NCBI GenBank assembly: GCA_965644295.1
Contig: CBFFRP010000377.1
Location: 214,361-278,360, forward strand
From: Paraphysomonas bandaiensis
Lineage: Eukaryota > Protista > Chrysophyceae
Reading direction: 5' to 3'
DNA length: 64,000 nt
Position numbers and translations under genes: made by a program. The notes beneath the pieces are model-generated. The model was not told where the DNA came from. It did not search any database and saw only the letters and a program-made list of their open reading frames with translations. Of the stretch, positions 1 to 12,771 are shown piece by piece; positions within the stretch are counted from its first letter, which is position 1, and every line of letters starts with the position of its first letter.

Positions 1-3000
1 ATCTAAACAACCGTTTATGGGAATTCAAAACAGGTTTATTCAACGTTCTGTTTGCAACGGATATGGCGGAAGAAGGGCTAGATATGCGTTCTTGCCAAAG
101 AATTATTAATTTTGATCCACCATCGACTGTGAAGAGCTATGTCCAACGGCGTGGGCGAGCTCGAGCAAGTAATTCTGTCATGATTACGCTCGTGTCGGAT
201 GACGAGGACGGTATAAAAGTTATGGATGGCACACAAGATATTATCTTCCAGGAAGCTGAGATGGATAACTATGATATCAACCATAGACAACCCGAGAATA
301 TGAGGCCGGGAGAGAGCTGTGTAACTGGTGTGGAACTCCGGTCCCAATATGAACTGTGTGACACCCAATATGTTGTCGAACACTCTGGTGCTCGTGCTGA
401 TGTCAATAATTCGACGCAACTGCTATTTCAATATTGTCAGCAAATACCTCATGACAAATATTTTTTCCCGGATCCTATCTTTTGGATAGCGACACAAAAG
501 GCGTATCAATTTGATAGTGATGAGGCTGTCTGCGAACCTACTTCCATGACAGTATATCGCTGCTCTGTTCTGCTGCCTAATAGTGTGCCCGCTGGAATAC
601 GGTGCGCTATCGGTCCACCCGCTCGAACGAAGTCGCTTGCAAAGAGTCTTGTTTCACTTATTTGTCTCCGCAATCTTCATAGATATGGCGAGCTAGATCA
701 CTGGCTATTAGCATCAAATTCGTTTACATCTGCGCATCGTCGACAAACCAATTGCGATATTGCCGAGAGCGGTGAGAAAAGTTCTAGTACTAGCGGTAAC
801 GGGCGAAGCGGTAATGTTCCCAAGAAATATATTGAAAATAATCCTGATACTATTACCACTGTGAATATTAAAATGGTTCCTGATTGCGTCACCCCTAAAA
901 ATTCCGGGGCGAGTTTGCCGAAATTGTTGTACATGTATCGTTTTATCGCCAAGTGTGATAACTGTGTTCATGAGTCATATATCAATAGCTGTGCATTATG
1001 TTCAAGGCATTTGCATGCAATGAATGCTTTTGGTGTTGCATTTTTACGAGAGCTTCCTTCTGAGGTAGCGGCAGAGACCATGAACTTATATGTACGAGGG
1101 GTACAAGTGAATATATCACTAGTTTCTCTTGGTAGCAAAGTAGTTACTTTACCTGAGTTGGATGCAATGCAGCGATTTCACAGAGCTGTACTATGCTGGG
1201 AGGTTGATGAGAATGAGTCCGATACGAAGTCTTCGTTGGAGTCTATCATAGGAAGCCGTTGGTGTTCAAATAGCAATAAAGCATGGTACATGTTGTTTCC
1301 AGTGGGAGAAAAATTAATCAATATGGCAAGTAATGCATCTAGTTCTTCAGAATATGTCCAATCAACAGACAGTACCATTCCTGGCTGGTCGAGACTCGCA
1401 GAATATTCGATATCAGCAGAAACGCTTACCAAAAATTTAGTACGTCACCACGAGAGGATTTGTGAAACTGAGTGTAGTGGTGATCATCCACGCAAGGGCT
1501 CACCTGAGGAATATCTAGCGGGTGATGCAGTGTGTTATGAGTCCCTGACCAATGTTTTGTTCAGTCGTGGTTACAACAGAATCTACATCGGTATAAATGA
1601 CCCACATGAGCTGAAATCACTGTGTGATGTAATGAAATCAACGACAGCTGGTTCTAAATGCATGCCGGTGACTTTCAAAGAACACTACCTTTCAAAGAAC
1701 AGGATTTCTCCTTCTGAGGTTGCTAGGATAGAAAGTGATCCATCGCATCGACTCGTACATGCGGCATCAGTGTCTGGTCGTCTCTCGCTTGTTCAAGTTT
1801 TAGATAAAGTGGTCACTGAAAATATTATTGACCAAGAGCATTCGCATGTTTCAATTCAACATCTCTTGCCGGAACAGTGTGTAGTTCTTGGTGACGCTCT
1901 ATGGTTTTTGGTCGGACAAGTAGCCCCGTCTATGATGTGGAGAGTCATGTCGTTGTTGCTGGCATTAGAGGCAAGGGATCACATTATGGCAACCCTGCCA
2001 CTGCCGGTACCGTTGCACATCATTCAGTCAGCGGTCGATATGGATTATCCCAAGGAATCTACTTGTGCATGTGAGAACTATAGAAACGTAAGGCTTCCAT
2101 CACCTAAGCTTGTACTTGAAGCTCTTACTCCTAGAATGACCAAAGAGGTTCTAGACAGCGAAAGATTGGAATTTTTTGGTGATTGCATCTTAAAATATAT
2201 ATCTACTTGGGCTGTATATAATATATTTCCGGGGAAGCACGAGGGCCATCTCACTAGAGCGAGAATGAAAATTATATCCAATGAGTATCTGACAATGTGT
2301 GCTAGAGCTTCCGGTATGGTCCAGTATATGCGCGCTCATGCCTTGTCAAATGGAAAGCAGGAACTCCGCTTTTGTCCACCTGGGCGGTGTCAAAGCTTTA
2401 GGAATACGAAATCGGTTTGGAATCTTGATATAACCAAACCTCGAGATAGTGTTAAAGAACAGAGTAAGGGGGATACCGATGAATTCATGTTGTCACAGCA
2501 CGCTCCCGTTGATGTCAAGGCTAAAAAGATAGCTGATGTTATGGAGGCCCTTTTGGGCTGTTTTTACGAAGCAGGAGGTGAAAACTTGACCGTTGCTCTT
2601 ATCCGCGCCTTTGGCTTATGGCCTCAGACGAATATATATACCAGGGAGGATACAATTACCGATTGTGTCACCTCCGTTTGCAGCAATCGTGACGAGGAGC
2701 TTGTTATCCCTGAGGGGTATCCCGAGCAGCTGGAGCGCATAGCGCGAGGCTCCATCGAACAGTCAAAGTTTCCCCCTGCAAACACGCCATATTCTAATAT
2801 GGCTACGAGGAGAAGTTATCTATGTGCTACAGCTATCGACATCATTCACTCAAAAATTGGATATAGGTTTACAAACTTTTCTTTAATGGACCAGGCACTC
2901 ACTCACTGCTCCGTTCTCCATAAGGCCTCCAACCAGCGCCTTGAGTTTTTAGGGGACGCAATTCTGGATTTCGCAGTTGTTTGTGTACTTTACTCATCTC

Positions 3001-3410
3001 TCCCCAGGGCGTCACAGGGACAGCTTTCTAGTATCAAGAGCAAGTTGCTATGCAATCGCAATTTAGCCTTGATTGGTCTCGATATCGATCTCTATCAAAG
3101 TATGACAGTGATGTCATCAGCCTTAATTCAACAGTTTGGTGATATGCAGGAGTGGAAGTTACGTAAAGCCGATGTCGTTGCGAATGAAAACCATGAATAC
3201 GAAAAACTTAGAGATAAATTTGCATGTATGGGCGGCGGGAAGGTGCTCGCTGATGCTATGGAAGCACTTGTAGGGGCAGTCTTTATTGACAGTCAGTGCT
3301 CCATTCAAGCTGTTCGTGATGTTGTGAAGCACACGAAGATAATTCCTGAATCATTTTTTACCGATCCGTACTCTATTCTAGACCCTACCAGCAGTAATAC
3401 AACTAACTAA
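1..3410 (+). CDS. Dicer-like RNase III protein (5' part lies upstream of the window)
   Basis: Frame is open from position 3. Helicase-C motifs (FATDMAEEGLD, SYVQRRGRAR), a Dicer-dimerisation-like segment (QLLFQYCQQIPHD...AKSLVSLICLRNLHRYGELD) and two RNase III signatures (ERLEFFGDCILK...IADVMEALLG; QRLEFLGDAILD...LADAMEALVGAVFID). Confidence 0.93.
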   Translation, partial: LNNRLWEFKTGLFNVLFATDMAEEGLDMRSCQRIINFDPPSTVKSYVQRRGRARASNSVMITLVSDDEDGIKVMDGTQDIIFQEAEMDNYDINHRQPENMRPGESCVTGVELRSQYELCDTQYVVEHSGARADVNNSTQLLFQYCQQIPHDKYFFPDPIFWIATQKAYQFDSDEAVCEPTSMTVYRCSVLLPNSVPAGIRCAIGPPARTKSLAKSLVSLICLRNLHRYGELDHWLLASNSFTSAHRRQTNCDIAESGEKSSSTSGNGRSGNVPKKYIENNPDTITTVNIKMVPDCVTPKNSGASLPKLLYMYRFIAKCDNCVHESYINSCALCSRHLHAMNAFGVAFLRELPSEVAAETMNLYVRGVQVNISLVSLGSKVVTLPELDAMQRFHRAVLCWEVDENESDTKSSLESIIGSRWCSNSNKAWYMLFPVGEKLINMASNASSSSEYVQSTDSTIPGWSRLAEYSISAETLTKNLVRHHERICETECSGDHPRKGSPEEYLAGDAVCYESLTNVLFSRGYNRIYIGINDPHELKSLCDVMKSTTAGSKCMPVTFKEHYLSKNRISPSEVARIESDPSHRLVHAASVSGRLSLVQVLDKVVTENIIDQEHSHVSIQHLLPEQCVVLGDALWFLVGQVAPSMMWRVMSLLLALEARDHIMATLPLPVPLHIIQSAVDMDYPKESTCACENYRNVRLPSPKLVLEALTPRMTKEVLDSERLEFFGDCILKYISTWAVYNIFPGKHEGHLTRARMKIISNEYLTMCARASGMVQYMRAHALSNGKQELRFCPPGRCQSFRNTKSVWNLDITKPRDSVKEQSKGDTDEFMLSQHAPVDVKAKKIADVMEALLGCFYEAGGENLTVALIRAFGLWPQTNIYTREDTITDCVTSVCSNRDEELVIPEGYPEQLERIARGSIEQSKFPPANTPYSNMATRRSYLCATAIDIIHSKIGYRFTNFSLMDQALTHCSVLHKASNQRLEFLGDAILDFAVVCVLYSSLPRASQGQLSSIKSKLLCNRNLALIGLDIDLYQSMTVMSSALIQQFGDMQEWKLRKADVVANENHEYEKLRDKFACMGGGKVLADAMEALVGAVFIDSQCSIQAVRDVVKHTKIIPESFFTDPYSILDPTSSNTTN

Positions 3411-5805
3411 GTGGTCGATTCACTGACAGGGCAGGTCGATCATGGCGTTGCAGATGACGTATTGTTAGAAGACATTTTGTTTAGAGGTATTCTTTCCTTT
3501 TAATGTAAATGTGTAAGTAAAGTAGTGATATTTTCGCACCTTTCGGCATTACTCACTTGTTAAGTTTTTCTATACAGTAGTGCAATATGAAAAACGATCT
3601 CGATTTATGATTACTTATACGGGATACTGAGTATAAAAGTGAGGGAGCTCGTAATGCAAGATATATATTAACCACGTTTCCATTTTATGTATATATAAGA
3701 GATTACGTATTATTAGTCACCATCAAGTTGGTCAATCCCACATGTTGAGTGTCGCTTAAAGGCTGCAGTTTAAGGTTTCTGGCTTATAGCTGCTGATGAA
3801 AAATACAGTAGATAGTAGTTAAATGCCGTAAAATATGAATTGAATACAATTTCACATATTAATCACATAACCTCTTGTGAACATCAGTTCTCGTGTGTTG
3901 ACCAACCCCACATTCATATATATCTCTTGTATAAACATATACATTAAATTTTCCTTTCACTACCTACTGGTGCACACTATAAATTGATTCACTTCAATTG
4001 CACAATACATATCATGTCATACGTTAGCAGAGCCAGATAAGAATATATTGGATTGCAATAATATAATATTGCAATATAAATATATAACAATTATTTATTT
4101 TTTCTTGCCACAATAGCATATTTATCATTATTACTGTACTTTTTAGCATAATTTGGCTTTGCAATATATATTTATATATATCATATATAATATTGTTCAT
4201 GCTAGTGTGTGTCTTTGAAAATATATTTGATTTATTATAAATTACTCTTCATAATCACATAACTTGTCCATTATTTTATAACATACATCGTACAATTCTG
4301 TTAATTATTAATTACCAGCAACGAAGAACACTATTTATACATCATGTTCGATATTAGAGTTCATAAACTCTCTCTGTCAACAAGCTATTCACCAAAATAT
4401 TGTAAACTTCAAACTGTTAAAAGTGTGCTACCTACCTCATACAACTAAAGACTGATAAATTAAATTTTTCTTATGATCATGTATGTTGTGTAAAAACTGT
4501 CAATAAATGGAAGATTGCATATATCCACCCATTTCGGTCAAAAAACCAAAAAATAATCATTCGATTTCAAATTATTCGATCGTCTTGTCTTTCATATTTA
4601 CTGCACATAAGTTGTCGGAATTACTTCCTCGAAGCAAAAAGCTAGAAGAAGTTTTCTCTTTCTTGACAGCTTATGGTTCCTACATTGCATATATATCGTC
4701 AATGTAGGGTGTTATGAATATGCTCGTTAGCTATGAAGTATGTATTTTCCAAGTACTGTAGTTTCCAGTACAAACATTGTGCATCGTTTGTTCAGCAGAG
4801 CCAAGATTATCATGACACACTTGCGACAAGAAATAACCCCACGACGCCTCGAACTGCTGCTGTTCCTTTGCTTCAACAAGCACTTGTGAACAGCAGTGCA
4901 ACAGGTCATCGATGATATACTGTCCTATTTTATCATGACGAGAACGAGGACAACTATGGCAAAGCAAAGAGTTGGAATACAGAATACTTAGAGTACTAGT
5001 CGCTAGTTGCTGCATTGTTATTGGGTTTTCATCATAATATTTAATCCACTCTAGTATTGAGTTGGATACTACCGATCGAGCAACTGTTTTCTTCTTAGCG
5101 CCCAAAATATATTAATATATGCTTAGGCTATAGACTATTGGATTTTATATGTAAAATGGGATTTTACTTAGAAAAAAGCTATAGTATTATAGGAATAATA
5201 GTAGCTTGATTAGACGTTATTGTATACTTAAGTTTTATTTATTCATACATATATGTTACGTTAGTTATAATAATATTATTCACAATTAGAAAATTCAAAG
5301 AACCAATATTATTCCAGTACTCAGTGACAAGAAGCATTCAATTATATGATATTATATATAAAAGTAGATAACAACAATATAATAAGTTATATTATATTCA
5401 ATTAAAAATATAATATATCTTATTATATATACACAATGTCAGAACTTACTACCTCTCCTGGTTCTTGCTGCAAATCTTTCCACCAATGCTTTTCTGCGAA
5501 AGGAGTTTACCTCAGTCTGCATCTTCTGTAATTCCTCCATATTTGAAGAGAGCTCCAACATGTTTTCGACTTCACCTCTATCGAGAAACTGGTATCGTAC
5601 ATGGAAGGACAGTGCTTATTAGCAATGTTTCGTGGTCCCGTATTGGCCATACCTCCTCTCGAAAGAGACATATCAACGGTATGTCGTGATGGGCTACGCG
5701 ATCGGTGCCTTGATGATGAACGATCACGCGGCAATGAATTATAAGAGCTTTCCCTGTGAAACGAAGTTCTGTCCCCTCGAACGGGGCCGATATCTCACTA
5801 ATGAC

Positions 5806-6313
5806 GGACTCGCACCTTGTCTTGGTGTTCTGGGGATACGTACCGGAGATATTTCTCCAGGAAACTAACGTGAGCCGCATATATCATATATATATATAGC
5901 ATATAGTCGGCAGATATTGTTCTGTCCACTCATAGCAAACTACTTGTGTGGTATACAAGAGACACTAAGAAGAGGTGTCGCTTGTGTAGACGTCTTTGGG
6001 CCTTGACAAATAACGAATATGCAGGCATCCGGGAATGAGCCCACCTCTAGGGCATCCGGGGCATTGGACTGCCTGTTGAAGTCAAGAACCCGGGCTGTTC
6101 ACCTTAAGGACCCAGAAGTCTTGAAGACAACAGATGTCAGGTATATCAACATTCCACTTGCTCACTGCATTTGCTTTGAGTAATAGAGCGAGCAAAACGG
6201 GTTGCTCCTTGGTGCTTGCGGTTACAGCAGGTTTCGTAGCGTTAAATAGTAGGATATCAGCGTTAAGCACTGACTCTTAAACGCCTATTGCTAATAATAA
6301 GACATTCACTACT
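5806..6313 (+). mobile_element. SINE-like repeat, 5'-truncated copy
   Basis: Near-identical to 9298-9801 from ggactcgcacc through cattcactacta. Confidence 0.85.
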
Positions 6314-6319
6314 ATCAAT

Positions 6320-6355
6320 CAGGGCCTGGTCACCATTAATGGTTATCAGGCCCTG
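6320..6355. mobile_element. 36-bp palindromic hAT remnant with 8-bp TSD
   Basis: cagggcctggtcaccattaatggttatcaggccctg flanked by ctatcaat at 6312-6319 and 6356-6363. Same TIR as 55536-56771. Confidence 0.85.
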
Positions 6356-6658
6356 CTATCAATACATTGCAATATATTTATTATTGGACATTAGAATGCT
6401 ATATTTATTTCTTTGCTGGCATTATATTGCTATCGGGCCCTGTATAGTTATAGTCTTTGTTTGTGCTTGCCGATAGCACAAAACAACATAGCATGTTAGA
6501 TCAGACAACATATCTATATTCGAACTTAACTCATTGCCAATTTTACATTAAGAGCTCGATGATATTATTTAACAAGTAGTTATTATTAAACTTTCAAGAC
6601 TTCTGAAAACTACCCCGTATATGCTTACCATACAACAGCAACAATTTAAGCGCCACAT

Positions 6659-8080
6659 CTACAGAGACTTAGAAGATAAAACCCCTGCACCATTGTCAAG
6701 ATACTCTTTTTTCGATACCCACATACTCTTGAAGGTCGAGAGTGAAGCGAGGATAGATCCTCCTATCCAGGTAGAGTACAGCCGCTCCGGCGGGGCCGCT
6801 ATTCTAATCTTTGTGTCTTTGGGTAGCAAAGGATGCTTGCGGATTTCATTCAGTAGTCTGTCTCCGAAACCTGAGTGCATGTGAACTTGACAATAGGTTG
6901 TTTAACATTTCCTCACCTTGGAAGAGCGTAGAGCCACCAGAAAGCACCATCTGGGATAGCAGCACACGACGAAGGTCCATATCAGACTTCATCACTGCCT
7001 TGACGAGACAATCATGAACTCCCTTGCTCTCACTACCAATGATATCCGGCTGGAAGAGAACCTCGGGAGCGCGGAAAGCCTCAGCCCCAAGCTCTACACG
7101 AGACCCATCTGGCAGTTCGTAGGTCCTGCCAGCTCCCTGCTGCCTACTCTTCCCCTCTATTTCCTCGCGTTGAGGATCGAACGCTACATAACAGCAAGTT
7201 TCCTTTATCTGCCGCACAATTTCAACCTCGGCCGAAGTGACCATACGCCGCCCGGCCCGTCGCAAGAGGAGCTGCAATTGTGAGGTGACATCGCGCCCAG
7301 CAACGTCTACCCGCACCATTGCATGTCGGAGGGCAAAACCCTCATATATAGGAACTGCATGTGTCACACCATCCCCTGCACATAATATTCCAGTCATTAA
7401 ATACTCGAAAAACAACGTTTTCATCAATACCGCAATCCAAGACAAGGCCTGTTGTTCTCCCAGAGGCATACAGACTTAATATCGCCTTCACAGATAGCAC
7501 AATCAACAGCACATAGTTACTGCATCATACACCACACACCTGTGGGGCACAAAACATCGCAGGAGCATTGAACCCTTCAAAAAATATTTCTGCAGCCTTT
7601 TCCCTGTTTTCATAGGGGTTCAATGGCGCCTCCGTTAGAAGCACCTGACATCACACCAATATCACCGGAGCGACACTAAAACGAGATTCTTACAGCATGC
7701 TCCTCACTGGCAACATTTAAATTTTCTCTAGAATATACATGAGCCCATATCCTCTCCATATCATTCCAGTTTCTGACTATGCCATGCTCCATAGGATAGG
7801 ACAGCACTAGTGCTCCTCTGTGCTCCTCTGCCTTAGAGCCAACGAATCTACCATAGCAACAACACACTCACAGACAGCGAGTATAGTCCAGATACACTCA
7901 CATTTCACCTCCATCAAGGGCGCCCCCCGGCATCATGCGTGTGTGTTTGGTGCGTCCCACATATGACCGAAATATAACGCGGGGCTTGTCAGCTCCGGCG
8001 AAGCCTGCCTTCAAAACACCCGTTCCATTGTCAATAACAACGGGCTGATTAGCCAACACCTCACTAAAAGTATCAGACAT
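6659..8080 (-). CDS. ARP1: Actin-related protein 1 (centractin, dynactin subunit), multi-exon
   Basis: [101 protein letters not shown]. Several short GT-AG introns. Confidence 0.92.
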
Positions 8081-9297
8081 GCGTACTGCAGCAAGCGTCG
8101 AGCACTCGGAGTGTGCTGCCTCTTCAAATATACGCGCTTCTCGTCATCTCATCTGCAGCCTTGTCATCATACTGCTGTATGCACAGTACAGCACTGTATA
8201 CGTATACACAGCTAGATCACTGTATACCGTCTCTGTATATCATAATATACTGTACCATATAAAGCCTCACAGGAGCAGCAGTGCCAGTGTGGACACGCAC
8301 AGCCGGCAGTTCCAGTTGCTTCGATTGGAAGATGTATGCACTGTGCCTAGTTGGGCACGATCATGAGCTCTCCGCTCTCATTGAACATGACAAACACAGA
8401 GTGACGGAGTGCTTCGATCATGATTGACCAGCAAGAGGCCCGTACAGTGATGTGATGATACGACAGCCGGTACTGTTGCTGCAGTGAGTGCATTGAACAG
8501 ATTGAACATATATGTCGCGACCCTACATCATTTTATCTCTGGCTATTGTAAACCACTCCCTCTTCCCATCTTACCCGAATACTGCAGGATTTGGTGATAT
8601 TCTTTTAGTTTATTTAAACGCACTTAAGAAATGCTACATACAACTACCTGGTTGCAGGTATAGGAAACAACGTCTACTACCGTGATCTTTAAATCATGAT
8701 GGACAGTTAGCGAACTCCGATAAAGCGTCTGTATGATTTTCTGGTATACACTGCAGTCTCAGTAGTGTTTGATGTGATGCTGCCCTTGCTTAGGGGCCTT
8801 TCTTTTCACTACATTATTGTTGTTACAGGCATATACTGAGCACTGTTATGATACGTGCGTATTATAGAGTGACTAGTGTTAAAAAATATGTAGTGGTGTA
8901 AAGTGTAAAATATTTACCATATGAGAGAAGACAAAACAAACTGAACTATCTTGTCAATACAAGATATTTTGGATGAAAGGTCGTTGACGTTCACGAGCGA
9001 CAGATTTCGTGCCACAACTCCATTGTTTAGTAATAAGTCAATCTATTTTACTGGACTTTGACTTGTCTTACTTCTTTCTAGCGACGTGACATCAAAAAAT
9101 AATTTCGGACAATCTATAGGGAATAGGGCTAGTGACAAAAGCATACGCCATAAATATAAATTATGTATGTCGTGAAAATCAAGGTGAATACAAACCTATA
9201 TATGACTTGAGGCTTGTAGCAATCCTTTTTTCCTGCATTAATTGTCACCAATATTCAATATTTTATTTCGTAGCATATAAAATTTAACATTGTGTCA

Positions 9298-9801
9298 CCC
9301 TCAACAACGTCGGACTCGCACCTTGTCGTGGTGTTCTGGGGATAAGTACCGGAGATATTTCTCCAGGAAACTAACGTGAGCCGCATATATCATATATATA
9401 TATAGCATATAGTCGGCAGATATTGTTCTGTCCACTCATAGCAAACTACTTGTGTGGTATACAAGAGACACTAAGAAGAGGTGTCGCTTGTGTAGACGTC
9501 TTTGGGCCTTGACGAATATGCAGGCATCCGGGAATGAGCCCACCTCTAGGGCATCCGGGAATGAGTCAAGCACCCGGGCTGTTCACCTTAAGGACCCAGA
9601 AGTCTTGAAGACAACAGATGTCAGGTATATCAACATTCCACTTGCTCACTGCATTTGCTTTGAGTAATAGAGCGAGCAAAACGGGTTGCTCCTTGGTGCT
9701 TGCGATTACGCACAAGCAGGTTTCGTAGCGTTAAATAGTAGGATATCAGCGTTAAGCACTGACTCTTAAACGCCTATTGCTAATAATAAGACATTCACTA
9801 C
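9298..9801 (+). mobile_element. SINE-like repeat, full-length copy with 13-bp TSD
   Basis: Starts ccctcaac and ends cattcactac. Flanked by taacattgtgtca at 9285-9297 and 9802-9814. Confidence 0.9.
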
Positions 9802-10005
9802 TAACATTGTGTCATCTTGAAAATAAATACCTCATTTCAGTACATGACAACGACGGGTGTTTGGTATTTGGTAATAAAATGTTGATGTCTTAAATTTGAC
9901 ATTTAAATAGGTACTCAGACGTGTAAACAAAATGTGACATATTTCTTTCTACAACAATGGTATACAGGCTCTATATCATAAGATATTAAATAATACTATA
10001 TAGCT

Positions 10006-10838
10006 CTACAGTTTTTTAAAGACCCCATGTACGAAAACACGACGCATTTCAATTCCTTTTTTTCTATTGCGATTTATCACTGTGGCATATTTAAGTTCTA
10101 ATGGAGTGAAACCGCACTGTAAACAGAGGTCGGATACATACTCAATGTCAAAATAGTAGGAAAGGGTACCATCTGCTCTTTCGTATAAATTTTCTCCTCT
10201 TCGAGTTTCATGTCGCAGCATTGTCATATCGAATATCCCATAATCGCGAAATAGCACTACCCCCCCGACATTCAAGATGTTGTGAACATTTTCCATCGCT
10301 GATATATGGTCATCGGGATGAACAGCCGATAGTGCAAATATCATCAAAACGGCATTGACTGGTGAAGCAGAAAATGTATGTGTTTTCGTAATATCCCACT
10401 TCTCCACCTGTATCCTAGACGAATCAAACTTCTTATTGCCAGCAAAAATTTGTAGAGCGTCATGACTGTAATCAGTTGCAATAAAAGAAAGATCAGGGAA
10501 TCTATCCAACAATGGGAAGATGCTACAACCATATCCACACCCCACCTAAGTACGACATAAGATAAGTAAGATAAGAAAAAACGGCCAACCTCCAATACAC
10601 ACGCTGATTGTCCAGAGAGCCACTTTTCAAACTCCACACTTAGATATTTGCGTGGCTTGAAGAAATTTCCGGTTACATGACTTTGATAGAAGTTATTCCA
10701 CCGGGAATATTGTTCTTCGTCACAGTTATCCAGCGGCTTAATTAGCGGCAGAGGGCGCTCCGCACACTGCACTCGCCATTCGTCGAAATCAAAATCACAG
10801 TCAAAGTAAGAAGCGTCTCGAGGAGCAGAAGATGTCAT
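10006..10838 (-). CDS. METTL6/METTL2-like tRNA m3C methyltransferase (2 exons)
   Basis: WNNFYQSH...FFKPRKYLSVEF, SAM motif VLEV|GCGYGCSIFPLL split by a short intron, IFALSAVHP, GGVVLFRDYGIFDMTMLR, YERADGTLSYYF, NRKKGIEMRRVFVHGVFKK. Exact start codon uncertain. Confidence 0.88.
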
Positions 10839-10983
10839 GATGAAGATGCCAATTTGTCGATTCTCAACCGTATTGGCACTCCACAGTGCGATCAAAGCAC
10901 AGTCTCATGACCACATCGACTCACATCGTCCGTCTCTCTGATTCTTTCATCTGATTGGAGTGCTGCTTCTCGTAGGAGCTGAA

Positions 10984-12771
10984 TTTTGATTGGCTGAGAG
11001 CCAGCCACACCATATTTTCACCGTTTTTTTGACTTGGTTTCGATATCTGTGTGAGTATTCAGATCCGACGAGAGATCATCATCATCATGCATTTGTTCCT
11101 GCTCAGCATGAAATGGTATGCTTCAATGAATTGCTTGTAATCTTCCACCTTCAGAAGTAATTTTCAGGTACTATAGAGTCACCCGTGTATGCACCATGGT
11201 GCTCAAAGCGATGCATAAGTAGTCCCGAGACGGTTGATCCATCACTATATAATATAGCAAACCAAGTAGTAAGTGTATAGATACAAACCTAGATTCTAGA
11301 CACAATCGTTCTCATGTAATAATCAGATATTCCTATGTAGAGTCACCCATGTGTAATGTGTAATTTCATCAACTATGTTCCCATTTATACGGTGGCATGA
11401 AATTGAGATCACAACAACAAAAATACTTGTGGTTAACACTAGTCGGTTCGTAGGTATGCGATTGCAACAGTATCCTTTTTATAAAGTTTGTAGAACAATC
11501 CCAATCTGCTCTCGCTGTATAAATTTTCTGCAAAAATATCTATAATCTCGACTGGTCCCCCAAAGAATTACAAGAGTAGCTTTTACTAGTATCAATCACA
11601 CTACAATGGCATTTATGCGTAGTATTGATCTGGTTCTACGAATTACCCAATGTAATACACAAGCATTCTATCACTGCCTGATGATAACGTCGTATAATTT
11701 ATAATGTATATATAATATATTGTTGTGACATAATTAAAGTGCCACCAAAACAATATCGCTTACTCTAGTAGCCACTATTAGATAATAGAATGGAAATGTA
11801 TTATTTCAGAGTTGTTGTGATTCTATATTTGCTGATTTAAGTACATACATACATACTCAATACTCAATATACAATATAGCATAGTGAGTGAAGCTTAGAG
11901 CATTGCTACATACTACATACATGATCAACGCAGGGGAAGTCACATAGTAAGTTATTATTCGAATTGTGTAATTTTAAGCCCATTACTAACCGCCAACATG
12001 CCAGTAACACATAAGACATAACCACAGCTCCCTCTACTGACTGTAAGAGTAGATACTAATCTCTAAACTACATTGTCACTGAAATACTGATGTGAGGGTT
12101 ACTAATACATAGCACTCCACTTCAGCATCAAGGCTTCCATTTAGTGCTGAACTTTTTATAATCTTGAGAACTATGGGTTTACGAATACAAGCACTTATAT
12201 TCATAGGGAGCCTTGCTGGAAATACAGCCGTTCCATTCTAAGCTTCACCATCATACCACCATAAAGTATAGTAGGTACATACTACTTCACTCTTCAACAC
12301 TGACTGCAATCCTGGTAATGGAGAATGTCTTATCATCGCGGTCAGTTCTGTACCCACAATCCTCAAGCAGCCTACTGATCCTTCCATTCATCTGTGATTT
12401 CCAATCAGACAGACATTCATAAGAAACTATTTCCGATAAGACGAACATACCTATTACGTAAACTCTTTGCCCCGTAACTTTATTATTATCTGCTTCATGG
12501 GACAATGATGAATTGAGATCCTCATATTTCTTGCGCACCTGCATAGTTGATGAATGAGGCGAGTTGAGATATTACACATGGGTGACTCTACAGTGCCTGA
12601 AAATTACTTCTGAAGGTGGAAGATTACAAGCAATTCATTGAAGCATACCATTTCATGCTGAGCAGGAACAAATGCATGATGATGATGATCTCTCGTCGGA
12701 TCTGAATACTCACACAGATATCGAAACCAAGTCAAAAAAACGGTGAAAATATGGCTCTCAGCCAATCAAAA
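10984..12771. mobile_element. Non-autonomous foldback/TIR element with ~200-bp terminal inverted repeats
   Basis: 10984-~11185 is the near-perfect reverse complement of ~12578-12771 (one 9-bp indel). Possible degenerate 8-bp TSD gagctgaa/gtgctgga (6/8). No intact internal ORF. Confidence 0.75.

Larger units (their letters stand above)
4028..6442. mobile_element. Old, degenerate hAT-like TIR element hosting younger insertions
   Basis: Imperfect TIRs cagagccagataagaatatattg (4028) versus revcomp cagggcccgatagcaatataatg (6442), about 18/24 identical. Subterminal attgcaata repeats at both ends and a broken internal ORF (4731-5105). No clean TSD. Confidence 0.35.

Noticed and set aside
5450-5800. 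Short ORFs including an RS-rich peptide (SRHRSRSPSRH)
   Set aside because: Under 100 aa, no supportable gene structure, and embedded in decayed TE sequence.
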